Source of the DNA: Tenericutes bacterium RIFOXYA12_FULL_35_10 | GTDB lineage: Bacteria; Bacillota_I; Bacilli_A; Acholeplasmatales; Acholeplasmataceae | Length of the DNA: 64,000 nt | Assembly: GCA_001830045.1 (NCBI GenBank) | Contig: MIDA01000008.1 | Location: forward strand, 6,499-70,498 | Reading direction: 5' to 3' | Shown: positions 1 through 8,379 of the stretch, one piece after another | How the letters are laid out: the number at the start of each line of letters is the position of its first letter | Position numbering within the stretch: position 1 is the stretch's first letter | The notes under the pieces: generated by a model | The model's input: the letters and a program-made list of their open reading frames with translations, nothing else | Told to the model about the DNA's origin: nothing | The model's database searches: none | Program-made: the position numbers and the translations under genes

Positions 1-813
1 ACCTGCAGATCCTGCTTCAGAACGGAATGCCGTTGTATATGAACAGTATTGAATTGGTAGTTGATCACCATCGAGGATTTCATCACGATGTAAATTAATC
101 GTAGGCACTTCAGCTGTTGGGTTTAAATACCATGAGTTATCACCGGCAACTACTTTAAACGCATCTTCTCTAAACTTAGGGAATTGCCCAGTAGCAAACA
201 TGCTTTTTTCGTTAACGATATATGGAGGTATAATTTCGGTATACCCATGTTCATGGGCGTGTAAATCCATCATAAACTGGATTAATGATCTTTCGAGACG
301 TGCACCAAGCCCTTTATCGACAACAAAGCGTGTACCCGTGATTTTGGCTGCTCTTTCAAAATCCAAGATATTTAATGATTCACCTAATGCAATATGATCT
401 TTGACTTCAAAGTCAAAAACACGTGGTGTCCCCACTTTTTTAATCTCAACATTCATGGAATCATCTTTACCTACAGGTACGCTTTGATGAGGAATGTTAG
501 GAGTGATCGCTAAAATCCAACTGATTTTATCTTCAACTGATTTGAGTTCATCGTCTAAAACTTTAATCTCATCACCTAAATGAGCAACTTCATTTAAAAT
601 AGAAGTCGCATCCATCTTTTGTCTTTTGAGTTCACCGATCTTTTTTGAAGCATCATTACGAAGTGCTTTTTTAGCTTCAACTGATAAAATGATATCTTTA
701 CGTTTATTGGATAATTCAACCACTTCATAAAGATAGGTAAAATCACCATTACGGTTTGATAATGTTTGAATCACTTCTTCAATGTGTTCAACAACATACT
801 TTAAATCTAACAT
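1..813 (-). CDS. serS: Seryl-tRNA synthetase, 5' part (runs off window start)
   Basis: Not in the ORF track. Manual translation from ATG at 813: MLDLKYVVEHIEEV...GTRFVVDKGLGARLERSLIQFMMD...YLNPTAEVPTINLHRDEIL...YTTAFRSEAGSAG, i.e. class II aaRS motifs 1/2. SD AAAGGAGG at 830-823. Upstream T-box has a Ser specifier. Confidence 0.97.
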   Translation of the reverse strand, partial: MLDLKYVVEHIEEVIQTLSNRNGDFTYLYEVVELSNKRKDIILSVEAKKALRNDASKKIGELKRQKMDATSILNEVAHLGDEIKVLDDELKSVEDKISWILAITPNIPHQSVPVGKDDSMNVEIKKVGTPRVFDFEVKDHIALGESLNILDFERAAKITGTRFVVDKGLGARLERSLIQFMMDLHAHEHGYTEIIPPYIVNEKSMFATGQFPKFREDAFKVVAGDNSWYLNPTAEVPTINLHRDEILDGDQLPIQYCSYTTAFRSEAGSAG

Positions 814-827
814 ACTCAACTTCCTCC

Positions 828-1040
828 TTTAAAATAAAAAACGCCCTTATGTTCTAAGGACGTATATACGCGGTGCCACCTTAGTTCTAGAACAATGTCT
901 AGCCCTCAATATCTTTAACGCAGACCTACGGACATGATTAGTGTCACTTAGAAGTGGATTTCATCATCAATGTGTCCATGCTTTCACCAACCGCATGTTC
1001 TCTAAACCACATCAATCATTACTTGTCTTCATCATTGTGT
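828..1040 (-). ncRNA. T-box riboswitch (Ser, specifier UCC)
   Basis: Minus strand: T-box AAGGTGGCACCGCG at 882-869; terminator ACGTCCTTAG-AACA-TAAGGGCGT plus U-tract at 863-828; specifier loop GATGAAA-TCC-ACT with TCC at 958-956; AGAGA and GGTG-AA stem I motifs. Confidence 0.93.
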
Positions 1041-1047
1041 TATCTTT

Positions 1048-1076
1048 ATTATAAATGACAACTGATATAAAGTAAA
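1048..1076 (-). promoter_or_regulatory. sigma-A promoter for the serS T-box leader
   Basis: TTTACT (1076-1071), 17 bp spacer, TATAAT (1053-1048). Confidence 0.65.
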
Positions 1077-1082
1077 TAGACT

Positions 1083-1949
1083 TTACTCAGCCTTTCGTTT
1101 AATTAACGCTTTTAAATCGTCTTTGATTTCCTCTTTTTGTAAACCAAAATCAAGAATAGCTTCGATGTAATCAACTTTGTTGCCGACGTCGTAACGTTTT
1201 CCTTGAATGTCGTAGGAATATACTTTCTCAGTTGCCATTAAACGAAGAATCGCATCCGTTAATTGAATTTCGTTACCTGCTCCACGTGTTTGACTTTTTA
1301 AATAATCAAAGATTGCCGGTGTTAAAATATATCTTCCCGCTATCGCTGAACGTGAAGGAGCTTCTTCAACTTTAGGTTTTTCAACAACGCCTTTTAACTC
1401 AACGATTGGTTTTTTGGAACCTTCTTTTGGAATGCATATCCCATATTTAGATGTATTTTTTAATTCAACTTCCATCGTACCTAGAACAGTCGATTTAACC
1501 TCTTCATACACATCTGCAAGCTGTTTAATGGCTGGTTTATCTTTTCCAACATACATATCATCGCCTAAAAGAACTGCAAAGGGTTCACCGCTGATAAACG
1601 CCTCAGCTTGTAAAACCGCGTGACCTAGGCCAAGTTGTTCTCTTTGACGAATGTAGTGAATGTTTGCTCCTACACCAATATTTCTAACAAGACCGTATTC
1701 GTAATGCTTATTTTTTTGAAGCAGAATGGTTTCTAATTCGATGTTATAGTCAAAATAATCAATAATCGCATTTTTATTCGAACTGACGATTAATAAAATA
1801 TCGGTCATACCCGCTTCAATCGCTTCATTGACGATATATTCGATTGTAGGACGATCAATAATGGGTAAAAGTTCTTTAGGTAATGCTTTTGTAATCGGTA
1901 AAAATCTGGTTCCATAGCCTGCTGCAGGAATGACTGCTTTTTTAATCAT
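1083..1949 (-). CDS. galU: UTP-glucose-1-phosphate uridylyltransferase
   Basis: KAVIPAAGYGTRFLPITKALPKELLPI, QLGLGHAVL, GEPFAVLLGDD, EIQLTDA. Start moved from 1955 to 1949 (SD AAAGGAG). Confidence 0.95.
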   Translation of the reverse strand: MIKKAVIPAAGYGTRFLPITKALPKELLPIIDRPTIEYIVNEAIEAGMTDILLIVSSNKNAIIDYFDYNIELETILLQKNKHYEYGLVRNIGVGANIHYIRQREQLGLGHAVLQAEAFISGEPFAVLLGDDMYVGKDKPAIKQLADVYEEVKSTVLGTMEVELKNTSKYGICIPKEGSKKPIVELKGVVEKPKVEEAPSRSAIAGRYILTPAIFDYLKSQTRGAGNEIQLTDAILRLMATEKVYSYDIQGKRYDVGNKVDYIEAILDFGLQKEEIKDDLKALIKRKAE

Positions 1950-2829
1950 GCTCATTCTCCTTTAATGATTTTTTAGTAGATAAATGGTAAGTTGTATAAA
2001 AACCTAAACCACATAAGATGATACCCGCAACCCAGGTGATCCAAGATGTATCAAAGACATTGGTTTCGGTAGAAGATTGTAATTCAAATAAGATATTAAA
2101 TGGTGAAATCAAGATAATCCCTAAAACTGCCATATAAAAATGAACTTTGTAATGTATGAGAACTTGGTACATCACTTTTCCGATGACTATCATACCAATT
2201 AAAACACCTAGGATTAGCATCAATAACATCGGCAAATAAGGCATAACTTCACTAAAATTAAAGGTAACTAACGCTCTAAAAACATCATCGACTAATGAGA
2301 TGAGTAAATTGAAATAACCTAACGCCATCAAAAGAGTTGCTGCTGAAAGACCAGGTGTGATCAGTGAAGCTGCTGTTATGAACCCAATCATAAATACAAC
2401 TAAATAATAAGTCCACCCTTGAGCTGCTGCATTTGTCTCTTGAACAAACAAGAATAAAACCATCATAACAATTGCTAATCCCATCACAAGAAAATGATGC
2501 CACGCTTTAGGTTTATTTTTTAATTCAGGTGTAACACTGGGGATAGACCCAATAATAAAACCGATAAAAAGTAGGGTAAAGGGAATCGGAAAGTTTTCTA
2601 AGAAGATTTTAATTAAGAAAAAGCCTATGAGATAACCGAGTAAAACACCTACAATGTATTGCCATACGGATAAAATAGCCTTAATCGGCTTTTGAGTGAA
2701 TTGGTTTAAAGCTGTAATTAACTCTGTATAAATCTTTAAAATAGTCGCAACCATCGAACCAGAAATCCCTGGTAAGATGCTTCCTAGCCCAACTAAAGAG
2801 CCTTTAAATACTTTAATGATGTGATTCAT
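1942..2829 (-). CDS. DUF368 family membrane protein (polyprenyl-phosphate transporter family)
   Basis: Paired family motifs LPGISGSMVA and TPGLSAATLLMALGYF; multiple TM helices; stop overlaps the galU start. Confidence 0.85.
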   Translation of the reverse strand: MNHIIKVFKGSLVGLGSILPGISGSMVATILKIYTELITALNQFTQKPIKAILSVWQYIVGVLLGYLIGFFLIKIFLENFPIPFTLLFIGFIIGSIPSVTPELKNKPKAWHHFLVMGLAIVMMVLFLFVQETNAAAQGWTYYLVVFMIGFITAASLITPGLSAATLLMALGYFNLLISLVDDVFRALVTFNFSEVMPYLPMLLMLILGVLIGMIVIGKVMYQVLIHYKVHFYMAVLGIILISPFNILFELQSSTETNVFDTSWITWVAGIILCGLGFYTTYHLSTKKSLKENEHD

Positions 2830-2968
2830 ATAATCTCCTCATGTCCACTTTTAGTATACCTTATTTTAAACTAAAAGTATTTCATGCCCATTTCTTATTT
2901 TGATGGATTGTTTCCATTGTAGCATATTTATTTAACTTTGATTATGCTATAATGATTACGGTGATAAC

Positions 2969-3778
2969 ATGGATCAATTCATAGAAATAATTAAATATAT
3001 CGTACTTGGAATCATTCAAGGTATTACAGAAATTTTTCCGATATCAAGCAGTGGACACTTAACGTTATTTAGTCATTTATTCCACATGGATATGACTGAA
3101 TTTCCTACATTTTTAATGATTACAAATACCGGATCGTTTCTTGCTTTACTTTTCTTTTTTAGAAAAGATGTCGGCCAACTCATTAAAGGAACAATGTGTT
3201 ATCTTGTTAAAAAAGATGAAACTGGAAAAGAAGATTTTGTTTATGTCTTAAAACTCCTTGTTGCGGTTATTCCCGTGGGAATCTTAGGTCTTCTTATTAA
3301 GGATTATCTTCCTAATGACTTACTTTCTGTTGGATTCGCTTTAATCATTACATCTGCACTTCTTTTTTATGTCTATAAACAAAGAGACATTCAATGGAAA
3401 AATGATGTGACTTGGCAAAATGCTTTGGTTATTGGTGCATTTCAGATGTTTGCTATTTTTCCGGGTATTTCACGTAGTGGGATTACAATCTCCGGCGGGT
3501 TAACTCAAAAAATTGAACTTAAAAAGGTACTTCGCTTTTCATTTTTAAGTTACTTAGTCATCTCAGTACCTGTATCGCTTCTAGGTATATACGAAGCGCT
3601 TCAAGCAAATGAATCCATTCATTATCTGGGGTATTCACTCGCATTTGTCATGAGTTTTATCTTCAGTTTAATTTCTGTTCGTTTCCTCTATAATTATGTG
3701 AAAGTTAAAAATTTGATTTACTTTTCAGTTTATTGTTTCTTCGTTGGTTTAGCCGCCATCATCTTATATATAATTTAA
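2969..3778 (+). CDS. uppP: Undecaprenyl-diphosphate phosphatase (BacA family)
   Basis: LGIIQGITEIFPISSSGHL and FPGISRSGITI signature motifs; polytopic. Confidence 0.95.
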   Translation: MDQFIEIIKYIVLGIIQGITEIFPISSSGHLTLFSHLFHMDMTEFPTFLMITNTGSFLALLFFFRKDVGQLIKGTMCYLVKKDETGKEDFVYVLKLLVAVIPVGILGLLIKDYLPNDLLSVGFALIITSALLFYVYKQRDIQWKNDVTWQNALVIGAFQMFAIFPGISRSGITISGGLTQKIELKKVLRFSFLSYLVISVPVSLLGIYEALQANESIHYLGYSLAFVMSFIFSLISVRFLYNYVKVKNLIYFSVYCFFVGLAAIILYII

Positions 3779-3780
3779 CA

Positions 3781-3805
3781 AAAAGCACGACAAGCGTCGT
3801 GCTTT
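3781..3805. terminator. Bidirectional intrinsic terminator
   Basis: AAAGCACGAC-AAGC-GTCGTGCTTT between convergent genes. Confidence 0.85.
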
Positions 3806-4001
3806 ATTTTTTTTGTTGTGCTAATGAAATATATCCTGAAATAAAGAGTGATGCACCCAAAATTGAAAGTGGGATTGCGGAAACTAAATCAGTTGCATGT
3901 GAATCAATGATGGATACAATCGCTAAGATAAGCATGATCATAAACCCTAAGATCATCACTGAACCATGAATATAAGGAATTAATTTATCTTTTGAGTTCA
4001 T
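3804..4001 (-). CDS. Small two-TM membrane protein, unknown function
   Basis: MNSKDKLIPYIHGSVMILGFMIMLILAIVSII...; starts 2 nt after the upstream stop; two hydrophobic segments. Confidence 0.65.
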   Translation of the reverse strand: MNSKDKLIPYIHGSVMILGFMIMLILAIVSIIDSHATDLVSAIPLSILGASLFISGYISLAQQKK

Positions 4002-4002
4002 C

Positions 4003-4473
4003 TTACACACCAATAAGCGTATTAAGTTCAACATGTTCGAAAGGTCTTATCGATGCGAGTGGGGCATCAAATCCTTTAACGTTACACATGATTTTCTTTA
4101 ATACGGATTCCTTTGTTGAAAAGACTTGGACAACACTGTGGTCAATCACTTTGAGTGCTATTTCATAATCACCATCAACTAAATCTTTAAATGTTTGAAT
4201 TTTTTTCTTTCTCGTTGTCTTATTTCGAACAAGAAGTGATAAGTTTTCAATCACTTCATAATCATTTTCGTTTTCTAATAATCTTTTCTTAGCTTCATCT
4301 GAAGTAATTAAAGCTTGTTCTTCTAAGTATTCCCAATCTGGATGAAGGAAAAATTCCTTACGTGCTTCAAAGTGACCTACATCAAACTGATAATCTGAAA
4401 AGTCGATACCACTAAGTAATGTTTTTAAAATGTTTTTTTCACAGCCTTGAAATGCTAAATAGATCCCTTGCAT
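4003..4473 (-). CDS. DUF2691-like hypothetical protein
   Basis: C-terminal IQTFKDLVDGDYEIALKVIDHSVVQVFS resembles the DUF2691 pattern as I recall it; SD AAAGGGTGG before ATG 4473. Confidence 0.6.
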   Translation of the reverse strand: MQGIYLAFQGCEKNILKTLLSGIDFSDYQFDVGHFEARKEFFLHPDWEYLEEQALITSDEAKKRLLENENDYEVIENLSLLVRNKTTRKKKIQTFKDLVDGDYEIALKVIDHSVVQVFSTKESVLKKIMCNVKGFDAPLASIRPFEHVELNTLIGV

Positions 4474-4557
4474 CAAAACCACCCTTTCTTTTGATTACAC
4501 TTCAATCTTAACATGCAATAGAAACGTTGAACAGGGCGTATACGCCTCAATCGACAT

Positions 4558-4587
4558 AAAAAAAGCCCTTTTTGAAAGGGCATTTTT
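4558..4587. terminator. Intrinsic terminator of the glycosidase operon
   Basis: AAAAAAA-GCCCTTT-TTG-AAAGGGC-ATTTTT immediately after the symporter stop. Confidence 0.8.
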
Positions 4588-4588
4588 A

Positions 4589-6052
4589 TTATGCAGCTTG
4601 TTGATCTTCAATTCTCTTTTCAAGATCTTTCGTGATTTTTTGATAAAAATCAGCATCGATCTTGTATTTGCTTCGATAAATGAAATAGGATAAGACAATT
4701 AAAACAAGTGGAATGATAATCATGGCTGAGCGTAGTTGTAGTAACATCTCTGGCGTTACATTAGAAGCAATCATCGCTCTTGCTTGTTCGGTTGTCATAT
4801 CAGGATTGAGTTGTCTTGCTTCTGTTAATGGATTGATGACATTCTCATTTAATCCAGATGCAGCAAGTGTGATGGAAACAACAAAGACTTGAACAGATGT
4901 CGCAAGTTTCGTTACAAAGGGATTAATCGCAAACACGATGGATTCATTACGTGTTCCAAGTTTCCACTGACCATATTCAATGGTATCGGCAAGCATAACT
5001 AAAACGAGTACTTGAATAAAACCTTGTCCGCTAAATAAGATTAAACCAGCAAGTCCGATAAACAACATGTTCTTTGGAATAAAGATATAGCCAACACTCA
5101 TAAATAGGAGATAACCAATAACAATCATGATGACCGATATCGTGAATAATTTTTTCCGACTCATGTGTTTCATGAGCGTAGGGAAAATAATGAGTGCTGT
5201 AAGCTGACTAACCGCTAAAATTGCAGAAAATAAGGTAAACTCAACTCCTCCATATTTATTAAAATCATAGTTGAAAAAGTAAATACCGAGTGAGGTTGTA
5301 ATAAAATAACCGCAGTTAAACAAGAAAATCGCGATAATAATAACAACCAACTGGTCATTTTTGACAATGACTTTAACCATATCTTTAAGTGTCGTTTTCT
5401 TTGTATCAGCTTCTGCAATCTTATTTTTAGGTTGTTTAACAAAAAAGAAGACGATGACTTGTGAAATAACAAAGATTGTTGCTATAACCCCTGCTAAAAT
5501 AGAGAACGCTTGAATCGGTCCGCCACTCCAATTTTGATAAATGATGGGGACTAATGCAATCGTAATGAACATACCAATACTTGCGAAAATACGCGCAAGT
5601 GAACCAATAGATTCTCTTTCTTTGGGATCAGTAGTAAAGCTTGGATACATGGACCAATAAGAGATATCATTCATGGTAAATGTCATACCTGATAAAACAT
5701 AAAGTATGCCAAAAACAACGACGAAACTCGTTCCTGAAAGCCCTAAATCTTGGAATAAAACAAAGAAGACAATTGCTGATGTAACCGCACCAATCAAAAT
5801 CCATGGTTTAAATTTACCGTGTTTTGATTTTGTATTATCAACAATAGTTCCCATCATAGGATCATTAATCGCATCCCAAATACGCGATACAGCAATAATT
5901 GTCCCAACAGCAATCAATTGCCAGTTAGGTAAGCCGAGTGCATCGGTTAAAAAGACAAGTAAGAAATTGGCATAAAGTGCATACATCATGTCTCTTCCCA
6001 TGCCACTCATTGCATAAACATATTTCGTCTGTTTAGATATACTTTGTGTCAT
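4589..6052 (-). CDS. Glycoside-pentoside-hexuronide (GPH, MelB/LacS-like) cation symporter
   Basis: GMGRDMMY, RIWDAINDPMMGTIVDNTKSKHGKFKPW, ADTIEYGQWKLG; about 12 TM helices. Confidence 0.92.
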   Translation of the reverse strand: MTQSISKQTKYVYAMSGMGRDMMYALYANFLLVFLTDALGLPNWQLIAVGTIIAVSRIWDAINDPMMGTIVDNTKSKHGKFKPWILIGAVTSAIVFFVLFQDLGLSGTSFVVVFGILYVLSGMTFTMNDISYWSMYPSFTTDPKERESIGSLARIFASIGMFITIALVPIIYQNWSGGPIQAFSILAGVIATIFVISQVIVFFFVKQPKNKIAEADTKKTTLKDMVKVIVKNDQLVVIIIAIFLFNCGYFITTSLGIYFFNYDFNKYGGVEFTLFSAILAVSQLTALIIFPTLMKHMSRKKLFTISVIMIVIGYLLFMSVGYIFIPKNMLFIGLAGLILFSGQGFIQVLVLVMLADTIEYGQWKLGTRNESIVFAINPFVTKLATSVQVFVVSITLAASGLNENVINPLTEARQLNPDMTTEQARAMIASNVTPEMLLQLRSAMIIIPLVLIVLSYFIYRSKYKIDADFYQKITKDLEKRIEDQQAA

Positions 6053-8379
6053 GATTTATTTTTCCCGTTTCTCTTTATTTTTTTAAAGCCCTTAAAGATA
6101 TGTCCATTCATTAAATCAACGAGACCATGTCCCATTTCAAAACTCACTTTACCTGCTGAAAATAAGACGAGCATATGTAGTGGTGTTTCCATTAAAGTCT
6201 TTTTTGCCATCTCAATAAGCTCAGGACTTATTTGTTTTGCTTCTTTCATCGCTTGTTTGATAATTATCTTCGAAACCCTTCGTCCCATCCACGTGTGGGA
6301 AGCATCCTCAAGTGTTGATGATAAACTATATGGACGCTTTCTCTTGGTAGATTCCTTAGGGAGTGGAAATGGAATGAGTTTTGCAAAATCAGATGTATCA
6401 TAGGTATATTTTAGGTAACTGATAGGCGAATGGTGTAATTCTTCTCCATCAACAAAAACATCAAATGAATCAATTTCTTGACATGCATTTTTTGCAATTA
6501 CGATTTCATAATCACCCTTTTCGATGATCCAGCGTTTCTTATAAATATCCCAATGCGCAAAAGCATTCTTCGAAAGATTAATCGTCATCTGCTTCATTTC
6601 CTGTGATTCAAGAGATACTTTTTCAAACGCTTTTAACTCATAGCGTGCTTTATACACCGATGATTCGTTATTTTGAATATAAATTTGAACCACTTCTTTA
6701 CCTTTGACAGATCCAATGTTATGTAAATCAAATGAAATCTGAAAGTGATCACCTTGATCTTCTACTTTAATATTTCGATAATCAAACTGCGTATAACTTA
6801 AACCATAACCAAATGGATAATGTGGTTTTTGATTGTATGATTGATAGTAACGGTAACCCACATAAATCGATTCATCATAATAAACTGCGTTATTATTGTG
6901 GTTGAGTTGAACATTACACGATGAGATATCATCAATCCATGTTTCAGCGAGTCTACCCGATGGATTTTCATTGCCATAAAGCAAATCAAACATAGCTCTT
7001 GCTGCCCCTTGACCACCTAAATAAGCAAGGAGTAAACCTTTCAAATAATCATGTTCAAACGATAGATTCATCACTGAACCACCGAGTGCAATACCAACGA
7101 TGTTGGGATTCACTTGGTGAATTTTTTCTAAGAGTTGAACCTGTTTTAATGGTATGTTTAAATGTTCTCTATCATAACCTTCCGCTTCTTCAGATTCGGG
7201 TAAACCAAATAAATAAATGACTTTATCTACATGTTTTGCTTGTTCTAAAACACGTAAGACTTCTTCTTCATCAAGTTTCTCGTGATCAAGTGTGTATCCT
7301 TTCATAGATGTTATTTGATCAGAATAAGATGCAATGACATCCTTGATTTGCTCTAAATGCGTAGGGTTGATGTGAGATGATCCAGCTCCTTGATATCTAA
7401 TGTGATCAACGAACCCACCAACAACCAAGATTTTCTCATCTTTATGTAGTGGAAGAATATCATAATTTTTAAGTAGGACCATCGATTCTCTTGCAATTCG
7501 TATGGCTTCCTTATGGTGGATTTCTGAATCAAAAGTAACATTATCATAAACCTTATATTTCTTGACCATATCAATGATACGATCTGATGATTTATTGATA
7601 GCCTGTCTTACGGTATCATCTGAGACTTCTTTTAAAATTTGATTACTACGATATCCAAAAGATGATGGCATTTCTAAATCTGTTGATGCTTTTAAACTAC
7701 TGATGCGATCATGAATCGCACCCCAGTCACTCACAACAACACCGTAATAATTCCACTCTTTACGTAAAACACGATTTAAATAAGGGTGTTCAGTTGCGTA
7801 AAATCCGTTGATTTTATTGTAGCTAGCCATCACAGTCGCTGGATTTTCTTTAACAACACGTTCAAAAGCGCGTAAATAGATTTCATGCAACGCTCTTTCA
7901 TCAACGATTGCATCAATGGTAAAGCGGTAGCGTTCTTGATTGTTAGCAAAAAAATGCTTAACCGATGTTCCAACACCTTCATCTTCGATTGAACGAACCA
8001 TTGCTGCACCTAATTCTCCTGCAAGATATGGATCTTCTGAAAAATACTCAAAATTTCTACCACAGAGTGGAGATCTTTTCATATTAATACCGGGACCTAA
8101 AATGATTTGGACTTGTTTTTCTTTAGCCTCAATGGCCATCAGTTTTCCCATACGCGCAAGAAGTTCTTTATCAAAACTACATGCCGTTAAACTTGCTGTT
8201 GGAAAACATGTCGATGGTATACTTCCCTTTGCACCCAAATTATCATCAGATGCATATTGCTTACGAAGTCCGTGTGGACCATCAGCCATCATGATTGATG
8301 GCAGTCCACCCAAAGGCTTCGTATGCCATACGTCTAAACCATCCAGTAATTGAACTTTTTCTTCAAGTGTTAGTTTCAT
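6049..8379 (-). CDS. GH3 beta-glucosidase
   Basis: MADGPHGLRK, GPGINMKRSPLCGRNFEYFSEDP, VKHF, VVSDWG nucleophile, C-terminal FnIII-like domain. Start 8379 fits SD GAGGTGA; no signal peptide. Confidence 0.93.
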   Translation of the reverse strand: MKLTLEEKVQLLDGLDVWHTKPLGGLPSIMMADGPHGLRKQYASDDNLGAKGSIPSTCFPTASLTACSFDKELLARMGKLMAIEAKEKQVQIILGPGINMKRSPLCGRNFEYFSEDPYLAGELGAAMVRSIEDEGVGTSVKHFFANNQERYRFTIDAIVDERALHEIYLRAFERVVKENPATVMASYNKINGFYATEHPYLNRVLRKEWNYYGVVVSDWGAIHDRISSLKASTDLEMPSSFGYRSNQILKEVSDDTVRQAINKSSDRIIDMVKKYKVYDNVTFDSEIHHKEAIRIARESMVLLKNYDILPLHKDEKILVVGGFVDHIRYQGAGSSHINPTHLEQIKDVIASYSDQITSMKGYTLDHEKLDEEEVLRVLEQAKHVDKVIYLFGLPESEEAEGYDREHLNIPLKQVQLLEKIHQVNPNIVGIALGGSVMNLSFEHDYLKGLLLAYLGGQGAARAMFDLLYGNENPSGRLAETWIDDISSCNVQLNHNNNAVYYDESIYVGYRYYQSYNQKPHYPFGYGLSYTQFDYRNIKVEDQGDHFQISFDLHNIGSVKGKEVVQIYIQNNESSVYKARYELKAFEKVSLESQEMKQMTINLSKNAFAHWDIYKKRWIIEKGDYEIVIAKNACQEIDSFDVFVDGEELHHSPISYLKYTYDTSDFAKLIPFPLPKESTKRKRPYSLSSTLEDASHTWMGRRVSKIIIKQAMKEAKQISPELIEMAKKTLMETPLHMLVLFSAGKVSFEMGHGLVDLMNGHIFKGFKKIKRNGKNKS

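Noticed and set aside
4535-4546. Perfect 12-bp palindrome GGCGTATACGCC upstream of the DUF2691-like gene
   Set aside because: Single copy, with no recognisable promoter geometry or matching regulator; could be chance or a small hairpin.
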